64,000 nucleotides of DNA from Candidatus Cloacimonadota bacterium. GTDB lineage: Bacteria; Cloacimonadota; Cloacimonadia; JGIOTU-2. The translations under genes were made by a program, and so were the position numbers. Numbering within the stretch: the first letter of the stretch is position 1; each line of letters opens with the position of its first letter. Below the pieces are notes generated by a model. The model had not been told where the DNA came from. It was given only the letters and a program-made list of their open reading frames with translations, and made no database searches. The stretch covers positions 256,001 to 320,000 of the forward strand of contig JBNGBT010000002.1 in assembly GCA_049903315.1 (NCBI GenBank), in the 5' to 3' direction. Of the stretch, positions 51,393 through 60,488 are shown in pieces.

Positions 51393-53399
51393 ATGAAAAA
51401 GCTATTTATTATTTTTGTAATTTTATCATTTTTTATTACTATACCACTTTGTGCCCAATCAATAATCTGGCAAGAAAATTTTAATACAAATCCCGGCACC
51501 TGGGCACTAGATTCAAACTGGAGTATTCAAAGTGGTGCATTAATGTTATCCTGGTCGCCCACAGTCGCTCCCTATGATCTTAGTGCGACATCACCATTCA
51601 TCAATTTACCGTTAAATGTAGGGGATCTGACTGTTTCTCAGTTTATTGACGAGTTTTCGACAAATACAGGAGAAGTAACAAACATTGAACTGATTCATCC
51701 TGGAGGAACAACTGTTCTATGGAGTTTCGATTTGGTTGGTACTAATTGGGGTTATTCTGGTGGTAAAGATATAAGCTTCTCTTTATTCCCATATGCAGGA
51801 CAGCAAGTTCAAATTAGATTTAGAAGTTACGGAGGAAGTACCTATAATTTCAATTATTGGTACATTTATAATGTTGCCATTAATGCATCTCTCGATCATG
51901 ACCTTGCAGCAACAAACATTTCCGGCAATAACATTCTTAATATCGGGCAGCAGGGATTATGGAATGTGACAGTCAAAAACACCGGGCTTAATACTGAGTC
52001 TAATTATGAAGTAAATCTCATGCGAGAACCGGGCATCGTGCTGGGTTCTACTTTTGCAACTACTCCTCTCGCTCCTGATCAACAAACCATCTATCAGTTC
52101 AACTGGACTCCGGATATAAGTGAAGTGGTCAATCTTTACGGGCAGGTTATTCTACCTGGTGATGAGTTCTTGGATAATAATACGACAAATCCATTTTTGG
52201 TTAATATTTATCCTGATGACCCGATTAATGTGCTTGTCTGGGATAATGATAATGCTTCGGATATTGATGGAATAGGTACACAGGTTTTTCTTGAAGAAGC
52301 TCTCACTGCAAATAATGTAACTTATGATACATACACATACCTGCCGGCAAATCTCACACCATATGATGCCATATTTGTTGCTCTTGGCATCTACTGCGTT
52401 GGCTGAGGCACTACACCTCCAGGCTCCGTCGGAGCCTCTGATCAAACGACTTTAATGAACTATCTTTATGGTGGACATCCAATTTATATTGAAGGTTCAG
52501 ATCTGGGATATTCTCACCAGGGAACAGCTTTCCTCGCAAGTCTCGGATGCAGTTTCTTGTCAAATGATACACAAAATATTGGTACTATGACAGGAGTATC
52601 AGGTACTGTTGGAGAAGATTTTGTTTTTCCTTTCACTGCCAATACCGATGCAAATTACTCAGTAGATGAGATAGGCGGAATATTCAGCAGAAGTGTTGCA
52701 TTCAGATCCGATAACAACTATTCCCGTACAGTTGCGTATGCAGGAGCGAATTATAGCACCATTGCATCAACACCGATACTCGGCGGATTAGAAAATACTG
52801 ATACAAACTCAAAAGCTGATTTGGTTGCAACATATCTCGGATACATGCTTAAAATAAATGGTGTATTTCGCGGTATTGTTACAGATAATAATACAGGCGA
52901 TCCTGTTCAAAATGCCACAGTGAATGTAGGTACGTTTAGTGGTGTGACAAATTCATATGGACTTTGTGCGATAGAAGTTCCCCCCGGTTCATATGGTATA
53001 AGCTGCTCACATCCGAATTATGCAACTTTCGTGTATCCATCAGAAATTATAATAGATTATAATGACACATACTGGATGGATATCTCTCTTACTCCAAGTG
53101 TTTCAATTGATGATTTTGAGCAACAGGACGGCATCACGCGCATCTTTCCAAATCCCTTTACCATTCAAACCGCTATTAAATACTATATGAAATCTTCAGG
53201 AAATGTAGATATCAGTGTATTTAATATTAAGGGACAAAAGGTGTGTACTTTAGTTGATGAATACAAACAATCCGGCTATCATGATAATACATTTAACAAT
53301 TCATCTGAATATACTGCGGGACTTTCTTCTGGTATCTATTTCATGAAGTTGGAAACAGAGCAAGTCACTCAAATTGAAAAATTCATAATTCTTGAGTAG
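51393..53399 (+). CDS. Candidate secreted selenoprotein, 668 aa (CxxU, Sec at TGA 52404-52406): signal, beta-sandwich, CARDB-like, alpha/beta domain, carboxypeptidase-regulatory-like domain, T9SS-like CTD
   Basis: The two listed ORFs are in the same frame; the linker GTTPPGSVGASDQTTL is open; the signal is only in the first part and the CTD only in the second; SECIS-like hairpin follows the TGA. Confidence 0.75.
52421..52437 (+). promoter_or_regulatory. Putative bacterial SECIS hairpin
   Basis: Perfect 7-bp stem AGGCTCC/GGAGCCT with GTC loop; 14 nt separate the TGA from the stem and 21 nt from the G-first loop. Confidence 0.65.
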
Positions 53400-53414
53400 A
53401 ATAATTTATAACAG

Positions 53415-53449
53415 AAAAAGCCAGTTCAGTATGTGAGCTGGCTTTTTTT
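53415..53449. terminator. Bidirectional intrinsic terminator
   Basis: AAAAAGCCAGTTCA-GTATG-TGAGCTGGCTTTTTTT between the convergent CDS and tRNA. Confidence 0.8.
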
Positions 53450-53460
53450 GTAATAAAAAA

Positions 53461-53535
53461 TGGTAGCCCCAAGGGGAATCGAACCCCTGTTACCGGAATG
53501 AGAATCCGGCGTCCTTACCCCTAGACGATGGGGCC
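53461..53535 (-). tRNA. tRNA-Glu (anticodon CTC)
   Basis: Reverse complement folds as a cloverleaf: acceptor GGCCCCA/TGGGGCT, anticodon arm CCGGA-TTCTCAT-TCCGG, T arm AGGGG-TTCGATT-CCCCT, encoded CCA. Confidence 0.95.
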
Positions 53536-53590
53536 ACGTGGGATTTGTTTATTTCGTGGTGGATTTTGCTGTCAAGAATTTGAGGAAATG

Positions 53591-53724
53591 ACACACCCCG
53601 ATTCCTTCGGAATCACCCCTCTCGAGAGGGGATTTGTACGATTGTTTTTTTAAAATTAAGTATGATATTGAAAACATCAAAATTTCTCCTCTTGAGAGGA
53701 GTCCGGCTTAGCCGGGAGGTGTGT
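53591..53724. repeat. Composite palindromic REPIN-like unit, copy 1
   Basis: ACACACCCC-hairpin-CCCCTCTCGAGAGGGG-spacer-CTCCTCTTGAGAGGAG-hairpin-GAGGTGTGT. Confidence 0.8.
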
Positions 53725-53839
53725 AAATTAAATCCAATTCTGCATTGATCATGATGGAAAAAATTATTAATTGACAAAATTTACCATTAAAATTGGGAAA
53801 ATATTAAGAATTAGTTCATTAGAAATATTAGGAGCTGTT

Positions 53840-54814
53840 ATGAATTATGAAATAATTCAAAAATTAAGATATAAGTTACAGAAAAGAGTAAGAAGGTTGA
53901 ATTCAATTGAAGTGCCGCAATTGTATCATTCTTATTTAAAACAATTTTGGGTATTTTTACATGAATCACCGATTTTTTCCGGAATATTGGATGATTTATC
54001 AAAAAGAATTCCTGAAGCAGAAAAATTAGCAAATGATATAGTATTGAAAAAAGAAACAATTTCATTCAATATTGAATTAGAATTGGTTGCAACTTGTTAC
54101 TATGTGATTGACATATGTGTTAAATCTAAATCTAATGACATAGAGATGAAAATTGGATTTATATATAAAAAAGCAGGTCCATTTGCTAAAAACCTTGAAT
54201 TTTTTCATCACTATTTTGTGGAAACCCTATATGATTATATTGATGAGAATTTAGATGATCAGAAATTGCTTTTAGCATTATTACGAAGATATAAACAAAG
54301 ATGCGAATGGTTTAGAAGAGATTCCTTACTCAAAATGTACAATGAAAATACTCAGATTGGTGAAAAATCCTTAGCAATGGATTTATATGAATATTTATTT
54401 GATCAAGGGATTGAATTTTCCATTGAACCTTCATCAGCTTCTGGCAAGCCAGATTTGATTGCTGCACAGAATACGGATGATCCATTAATTGCAGATGCAA
54501 AAATCTTTGATCCTCAAAAGAGTAAAAATATAGCATATATTACAAAAGGTTTTAATCAGATTTACCAATATACTATGGATTACAATGAACCATTTGGATA
54601 TCTTGTAATTTTCAAGATTTGTGAAGAGGATCTCAAGTTGGATTTTAAAGAAAAAGAACGAGCAATACCTTTTGTTATTTATAATAATAAGACAATATTC
54701 TTCATCGTAATTGATATTTGTAAATATGAGAAAAGTGCTTCACAAAGAGGTAAATTAAAAGTATGTGATCTAAGGGAGGATGAATTAATTAAAATTATTA
54801 AAACCAAAGAATAA
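53840..54814 (+). CDS. Hypothetical protein with C-terminal PD-(D/E)XK-like nuclease motif
   Basis: ATG 53840 after AGGAG; GKPDL..IADAK and QIYQY (QxxxY); visibly more AT-rich than neighbouring housekeeping genes. Confidence 0.6.
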   Translation: MNYEIIQKLRYKLQKRVRRLNSIEVPQLYHSYLKQFWVFLHESPIFSGILDDLSKRIPEAEKLANDIVLKKETISFNIELELVATCYYVIDICVKSKSNDIEMKIGFIYKKAGPFAKNLEFFHHYFVETLYDYIDENLDDQKLLLALLRRYKQRCEWFRRDSLLKMYNENTQIGEKSLAMDLYEYLFDQGIEFSIEPSSASGKPDLIAAQNTDDPLIADAKIFDPQKSKNIAYITKGFNQIYQYTMDYNEPFGYLVIFKICEEDLKLDFKEKERAIPFVIYNNKTIFFIVIDICKYEKSASQRGKLKVCDLREDELIKIIKTKE

Positions 54815-54859
54815 GCTTAAATAAACAGATGGGCAAATAACAAAAAGTTAATCGAATGA

Positions 54860-55005
54860 ACACATCCGACCTTCCAACAAGTTGGAATCTACCCCTCTCG
54901 AGAGGGCATCCAGCGATTATTATTAATAAATGGTTGTGAGTTGAAAAATCGAAAAATCTCCTCTAAAAAGAGGAGTACTCCGCCAGATGGCGGAGGGAGG
55001 TGTGT
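54860..55005. repeat. Composite palindromic REPIN-like unit, copy 2
   Basis: ACACATCCG..CCCCTCTCGAGAGGGC..CTCCTCTAAAAAGAGGAG..CTCCGCCAGATGGCGGAG-GGAGGTGTGT. Confidence 0.8.
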
Positions 55006-55029
55006 ACATTGCTAAAACGGAGACGCATT

Positions 55030-55389
55030 ATGAAACTTTATTATGATCCAAAATTAAAGCTACTGGCACGTAAGCTTCGTAAGAATATGACACTCCCGGA
55101 AGTAATACTCTGGAATCAACTGAAAAGAAAGAAGTTAGGTTATGATTTCCACCGTCAAAAACCAATAGGGGAATTTATCGTTGATTTTTATTGTCCGGGG
55201 CTCAAACTGATAATTGAAGTGGATGGAGAGGTACATCTCGACAAAGGTGAGTCTGATATAAAAAGACAATCAAAATTAGAATCATTGGGATTACGAATAT
55301 TGCGATATAAAGCGACAGATATTTTGAAGAACTTGAATGATGTTATCGATTCAATTCAGAATTATATTAATGATATTTCATCAAAATAA
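55030..55389 (+). CDS. DUF559 (Vsr-like) endonuclease domain protein
   Basis: ARKLRKNMTLPEVILW, FHRQKPIGEFIVDFYC, IIEVDGEVH; ATG 55030. Confidence 0.92.
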   Translation: MKLYYDPKLKLLARKLRKNMTLPEVILWNQLKRKKLGYDFHRQKPIGEFIVDFYCPGLKLIIEVDGEVHLDKGESDIKRQSKLESLGLRILRYKATDILKNLNDVIDSIQNYINDISSK

Positions 55390-55529
55390 CACACCCCGTC
55401 TTCCAAAAAGTTGGAATCCACCCCTCTCGAGAGGGGATTTGTGTATATTTTGCATGTCTCTGGTTTGGATCTGATGTATTCAAAAATCTCCTCTAAAAAG
55501 AGGAGTCCGGCTTTAGCCGGGAGGTGTGT
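55389..55529. repeat. Composite palindromic REPIN-like unit, copy 3
   Basis: ACACACCCCG..CCCCTCTCGAGAGGGG..CTCCTCTAAAAAGAGGAGTCCGGCTTTAGCCGGGAGGTGTGT. Confidence 0.8.
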
Positions 55530-55542
55530 ATTTATTTTCTTA

Positions 55543-55947
55543 CTACTCAGTAAATATAAGTCCAATCTCTCTCTTTGCACTTTCCGGAGAATCCGAAGCA
55601 TGAACTGCATTCTCTGTAAATGAATCTGCAAATAGAAACCGGATTGTTCCGGGAGCTGCTTTTTCGAAATTAGTATTTCCAACCAATTCTCGAAGCTTTA
55701 AAATCGCATCTTCTCTACTGAGGACTGCGCCTACTATCTTGCCGGATAGCATAAATGATTTAAGTTGCGGGTAGAAACTTTTGCCAAGATGTTCTGCATA
55801 GAAAGTATCTGCTAAATCGTTATTCATGGTGAACATTTTTAATTGCTCAATCACAAATCCGTTGTCTTCGACCATCTTGAGGATTGCGCCGATTTTGTTT
55901 TTCTTTGTTGCATTTGGTTTAATAAGAAGTAAGGTTTTTTGGCTCAT
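55543..55947 (-). CDS. ndk: Nucleoside-diphosphate kinase
   Basis: TLLLIKPNA, FYAEH.GK.F, PGTIR, NAVHASDS. Confidence 0.96.
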   Translation of the reverse strand: MSQKTLLLIKPNATKKNKIGAILKMVEDNGFVIEQLKMFTMNNDLADTFYAEHLGKSFYPQLKSFMLSGKIVGAVLSREDAILKLRELVGNTNFEKAAPGTIRFLFADSFTENAVHASDSPESAKREIGLIFTE

Positions 55948-56089
55948 TTCGTATGTCCTTCAATATTATTTATTTTGGTCTTGAAAAATAATTGTACAAA
56001 AAAATGAGCAAGAAAAATCTTGGTTTTCAATTAATTATTTCCCTCAAAAAATAGTTTGGAATCATTTGTTTTTTAAATATGGAGTTGCA

Positions 56090-56686
56090 ATGATAGTAGA
56101 GAAACTTATTCAAGGAAATCAAGAATTCGTTAAAACCTTTAAAAAAGAAGAAGAATTGTACCAAAAACTTGCACAACACGGCCAGCATCCAAAAGTGTTA
56201 TGGATAGGATGCTCTGATTCACGGATTGTTCCTGAATTCATTGTCAATGCAGATGCCGGAGATCTATTTATTATAAGAAATATTGCGAATATAATTCCAC
56301 CTTGCAATGCAAATGATCTGTGCTCAAGCTCTGTACTGGAATATGCGATGCTCGAACTCAAAGTAGAACATATTGTCGTGTGTGGGCACACAGGTTGTGG
56401 GGGAATAACCGCACTTGTAAAAGGCACACCAAATAATTCAAGAGTATCTGAATGGTTGAAATATGCCTCTCAGAAGAAAGCTGCAAACGATATAAATGCC
56501 GATTCATATATATTAAAATCGATTAAAGATAACATTCTTTTACAATCAGAACACCTTCTTACTTTTGATTTTATAAAGGAAAATATTAATAATTTGTGTA
56601 TTCATAAGTGGCTGTATGACATGCATTCAGGTGGTATTTCGTATTATGATGACAAAGAAAGAAAATGGATCAAACTTGAAGAATAA
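56090..56686 (+). CDS. Beta-class carbonic anhydrase
   Basis: IGCSDSR, GDLFIIRNIAN, VCGHTGCGG; ATG 56090 after GGAG. Confidence 0.93.
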   Translation: MIVEKLIQGNQEFVKTFKKEEELYQKLAQHGQHPKVLWIGCSDSRIVPEFIVNADAGDLFIIRNIANIIPPCNANDLCSSSVLEYAMLELKVEHIVVCGHTGCGGITALVKGTPNNSRVSEWLKYASQKKAANDINADSYILKSIKDNILLQSEHLLTFDFIKENINNLCIHKWLYDMHSGGISYYDDKERKWIKLEE

Positions 56687-56828
56687 ATATTAAAACATGT
56701 AAAATTTGCGATAATTTTTGTCTTAGAAATTAAATTCTCATGAAATTTCGAAAATTCTTGACGTAAAAAGAACAGGTTAACGGGATAACGATAATTAATT
56801 TAAAAAACGATGGAGGAAACTCAAAAAA

Positions 56829-58814
56829 ATGATAGAAAAAAAAGCAATTGACTCTCTTTCGAGTAAAGGAAGAACCTTCCCACCACCAGAAGAAATTAAG
56901 AAAAACGCTTATATAACTTCTGACGAACAGTATAAAGAAATGTGGGAAAGATCCATTAACGATCCCGACGGTTTTTGGTTGGAACAAGCTGAAACTTTGG
57001 ACTGGTTCAAGAAACCTACAAAAGGTTTGAAGTATAACTGGGATACCAAAGCTCGTATAATCGAACACACCTGGTTTGAAGACGGTGAAATTAATGTAAG
57101 TTACAACTGTCTGGATAGGCATCTAGGCACTCCTACAGCAAAAAAGACAGCTCTTCTTTGGCAGGGTGAAATCGAAGATGATGTGAAAAAATATTCCTAT
57201 GAAGAACTTTATACTGAAGTATGCAAATTTGCCAATGTGCTTAAATCCAAAGGCATCACAAAGGGAGATAGAGTAGCTATTTATATGCCCATGGTTCCTG
57301 AACTTGCGATCACAATGCTGGCTTGTACCAGGATTGGTGCGATCCATTCCATAATTTTTGGTGGATTCAGTGCAGATGCAATTCGCGGCAGAGTAAATGA
57401 TTCAGATTGTAAAATGCTTATAACGTCGAACATCTCACGACGTGCAGGCAAACAAATCCATCTGAAAGATATTTCCGATCAAGCCCTGAAAGATACTCCT
57501 TCGATCGAAAGCGTTATCGTTATAAAAGTTAACGATGAGCCATGCCACATGGAAGAAGGACGGGATTTCTGGTATCATGACGAGATGAAGAAAGCAGCTC
57601 CTGTGTGCGAACCGGTTCATATGAACGCCGAAGATCCATTATTCATTCTTTACACATCAGGTTCTACAGGCAAACCCAAAGGTGTTGTTCACACAACTGC
57701 GGGTTACCTCATGCATACAACTCTCACACATAAGCTTGTTTTCAACATTCATGAAGACGACATATACTGGTGTACTGCTGATATCGGCTGGGTAACCGGT
57801 CACAGCTATATTGTGTATGGACCCCTTGCAAATGGTTCTACATCAATTATGTTCGAAGGTGTACCCACCTATCCGGATGCAGGACGTTTCTGGGAGATAG
57901 TGGACAAGTTCAAGGTAACTGTTTTCTACACAGCTCCAACAGCAATCCGCGCTCTTATGAGATTGGGCGATCAATGGCCGGCAAAATATAAATTGGATTC
58001 ATTGAGAATTCTTGGTACAGTTGGCGAACCGATAAATCCCGAAGCCTGGATGTGGTATTACGAAAATATCGGACACGGTCGTTGCCCGATCGTCGATACA
58101 TGGTGGCAGACTGAGACAGGTGGATTTATGATCACACCTCTTCCCGGTGCTCATACTTTAAAACCAGGCAGCGCTCAGCGACCTTTCTTTGGTGTAGAGA
58201 CTGTTGTTCTCAGAGATGATGCCTCAGAATGCGGTGTAAATGAAGGTGGAAAGCTCTGCATCAAAAAACCATGGCCCGGTATGATGAGAACAATGTGGGG
58301 CGATCATGAAAGATTTATCGATACCTATTTTACAATGTTCGATGATGTTTATTTTGCAGGTGATGGCTGCCGAATCGATGAAGATGGTGACTACTGGTTG
58401 CTGGGTAGAATTGATGACGTGGTGAATGTTTCCGGTCATCGTATCGGAACAGCTGAAGTTGAAAGCGCTCTCGTAAGCCATCCTGCAGTTGCAGAAGCTG
58501 CGGTGACGCCAATTCCTCACGAGATTAAAGGACAGGGACTCTATGCGTATGTGACTCTAGTCGGTGGTATTGAACCTACAGATGAATTGAAGAAAGAGCT
58601 TATCAAACATGTTCGTTCTGAAATCGGTCCTATCGCTACTCCAGAGGCAATTCAATGGGCTCCAGCACTTCCAAAAACTCGTTCAGGAAAGATCATGCGT
58701 CGTATTTTACGTAAGATTGCCGAAAAAGATACGGGCAATCTTGGTGACGTGACGACACTTGCTGATCCGAGTGTGGTTGAACACCTCATTGCAGAACGCA
58801 ATTTGAACGACTAA
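56829..58814 (+). CDS. acs: Acetyl-CoA synthetase (AMP-forming)
   Basis: YTSGSTGKPKG, WCTADIGWVTGHSY, VGEPINPEAW, DTWWQTETG, LPKTRSGKIMRR. Confidence 0.95.
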   Translation: MIEKKAIDSLSSKGRTFPPPEEIKKNAYITSDEQYKEMWERSINDPDGFWLEQAETLDWFKKPTKGLKYNWDTKARIIEHTWFEDGEINVSYNCLDRHLGTPTAKKTALLWQGEIEDDVKKYSYEELYTEVCKFANVLKSKGITKGDRVAIYMPMVPELAITMLACTRIGAIHSIIFGGFSADAIRGRVNDSDCKMLITSNISRRAGKQIHLKDISDQALKDTPSIESVIVIKVNDEPCHMEEGRDFWYHDEMKKAAPVCEPVHMNAEDPLFILYTSGSTGKPKGVVHTTAGYLMHTTLTHKLVFNIHEDDIYWCTADIGWVTGHSYIVYGPLANGSTSIMFEGVPTYPDAGRFWEIVDKFKVTVFYTAPTAIRALMRLGDQWPAKYKLDSLRILGTVGEPINPEAWMWYYENIGHGRCPIVDTWWQTETGGFMITPLPGAHTLKPGSAQRPFFGVETVVLRDDASECGVNEGGKLCIKKPWPGMMRTMWGDHERFIDTYFTMFDDVYFAGDGCRIDEDGDYWLLGRIDDVVNVSGHRIGTAEVESALVSHPAVAEAAVTPIPHEIKGQGLYAYVTLVGGIEPTDELKKELIKHVRSEIGPIATPEAIQWAPALPKTRSGKIMRRILRKIAEKDTGNLGDVTTLADPSVVEHLIAERNLND

Positions 58815-58831
58815 TTATATAAAAAATAAAC

Positions 58832-58868
58832 AAGCCGGATTTGCTGCCATGCCTTTCCGGCTTTTCTT
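58832..58868 (+). terminator. Possible weak terminator or intercistronic hairpin
   Basis: AAGCCGGA...TCCGGCTT followed by TTCTT. Confidence 0.4.
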
Positions 58869-58891
58869 AATCAAATGAATGAGGAGAAAAA

Positions 58892-60145
58892 ATGGCTGAA
58901 AAGAAAATTATGAATAGATGGTCTGCTGTGATTGGAGCAGTTATCATTCAGCTTTGTCTTGGCGCAATTTATGCGTGGTCAGTTTTCACAAAACCCCTTT
59001 TTGATGCTGGATGGTCACGAACTCAAACACAAGCTGTTTTTGCAGCAGGATTAGCGCTTTTTGCAATTGTAATGGTCATTGCGGGACGGTTAATGCCAAA
59101 ATTCGGACCACGAAAACTTGCAATTGCAGGAGGTGTCGTTCTTGGACTCGGTTACTTCTTGGCAGGTCTTTTCGGAGGAACTAACTTCTGGCTTGTATTC
59201 CTATTTGTCGGTATCATCGGTGGTTCAGGTATTGGACTTGCATATGTTGTTCCTATCGCAGTTGGGATGAGATGGTTTCCTGATAAAAAAGGTCTCATCA
59301 CCGGTCTGGCAGTCGCGGGTTTTGGTTTTGGAGCATTACTCTGGGTCAAACTTGCAGGAACCTGGGGCAATCTTATCGGCAGTTATGGATTGAGCAAGAC
59401 ATTTATTATTTACGGTATCATATTTTTCATTGCTGTGCTTATTGGAAGTATCTGGATGGTTTTCCCGCCAAAAGATTGGAAGCCAAAAGGATGGGTGCCT
59501 ACAGAAGCAGAGAAAAAAGTGGATGATACAAAATTCCAGATCAAGAGCGGACAGATGCTTAAAACACCTCAGTTCTACATGATCTGGCTCACCTTCGTTT
59601 TCGGTGCAGGGGCAGGATTGATGGTTATTGGTAATATCAAACTGTTTGGTATTGAAGAACTGACAAAAGCCGGTATATCAGATATTACTGCGAGTGCTAT
59701 AGCAGGAACGGCTATGGCAGTGTTTTATGCACTTGCTAATGGACTCGGTAGAATCGCTTGGGGTGCGATCAGTGATAAAATTGGAAGAAAAAAATCCATC
59801 GTTATAATGATGATATCTCAGGGTATCTTCGTAATTATTTTCCAGTGGATTGCCGGTATTCCTGCACTTCTTTACATTGGTGCAGCGCTTATTGGATTTA
59901 ACTTCGGTGGTAATTTTTCACTTTTCCCAACAATTACTGCGGACACATTCGGTACAAAATATATTGGACAAAATTATGGATGGGTTTTCCTTGCGTATGG
60001 CGTAGGCGGTATTTTCGGTCCCATTATGGCTGGAAGACTTGGAGATATGGGCAACTTCGCACTTGCATTCATTATATGCGGTGTATTGTGCATTGTCGCA
60101 GCAGGGATTATCTCACGTGTAAAACCACCTAAGCAGACAGCATAA
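58892..60145 (+). CDS. OFA-family (OxlT-like) MFS transporter
   Basis: About 12 TM; LGAIYAWSVF, WFPDKKGLITGLAVAGFG, NGLGRIAWG.ISDKIGR. Confidence 0.9.
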   Translation: MAEKKIMNRWSAVIGAVIIQLCLGAIYAWSVFTKPLFDAGWSRTQTQAVFAAGLALFAIVMVIAGRLMPKFGPRKLAIAGGVVLGLGYFLAGLFGGTNFWLVFLFVGIIGGSGIGLAYVVPIAVGMRWFPDKKGLITGLAVAGFGFGALLWVKLAGTWGNLIGSYGLSKTFIIYGIIFFIAVLIGSIWMVFPPKDWKPKGWVPTEAEKKVDDTKFQIKSGQMLKTPQFYMIWLTFVFGAGAGLMVIGNIKLFGIEELTKAGISDITASAIAGTAMAVFYALANGLGRIAWGAISDKIGRKKSIVIMMISQGIFVIIFQWIAGIPALLYIGAALIGFNFGGNFSLFPTITADTFGTKYIGQNYGWVFLAYGVGGIFGPIMAGRLGDMGNFALAFIICGVLCIVAAGIISRVKPPKQTA

Positions 60146-60165
60146 TAAAAATTATATAAATGTTT

Positions 60166-60202
60166 AAAGGTGAAATGGTCATATGATCGTTTCACCTTTT
60201 TT
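60166..60202 (+). terminator. Intrinsic terminator
   Basis: AAAGGTGAAATGGTCA-TA-TGATCGTTTCACCTTT followed by a T tract. Confidence 0.75.
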
Positions 60203-60488
60203 ATTTCAAGCAAACATCATACAACAGTGATGATTTATAACATTTCGGAAAAGAATACAACTTTTTTGTATAAATCCCACAATTACTTGACATTTAAACA
60301 GTCTTATCTCTTAGAAAGTACAAATAAACGAATTTTTCGGAGGCAATGTGGACTTTAAGAAATCAAAATATTTAGTTGATTCAGTTAAAGTCAAGCCAAA
60401 AAATGACTTATCTCTTATAGTGAATATAAGACTAAAATCTTTTGCTCACAAAGAACTATTTCAAAATTCATATTAAATTGGAGGCAGC

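Noticed and set aside
52404..52406. Genome-wide UGA reassignment (Trp/Gly) as the reason for the in-frame TGA
   Set aside because: TGA is a normal stop in several complete genes here (ends at 2640, 8874, 10106, 41777, 42980), and no other long gene is interrupted
53461..53535. tRNA next to the candidate selenoprotein being tRNA-Sec
   Set aside because: 75 nt, short variable loop and anticodon CTC make it an ordinary tRNA-Glu; no sel genes are visible in this window
53591..55529. CRISPR array or integron
   Set aside because: Units are about 140 bp composites separated by whole genes; there are no cas genes, no integrase, and no attC RYYYAAC/GTTRRRY ends
53461..55529. tRNA-targeted integrative element or prophage
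   Set aside because: No integrase, no duplicated tRNA 3' end, and the islet lies on the 5' side of the tRNA
55362..55682. Small ORFs 55362-55682 (-) and 55411-55623 (+)
   Set aside because: They span repeat copy 3 and overlap ndk; no recognisable motifs
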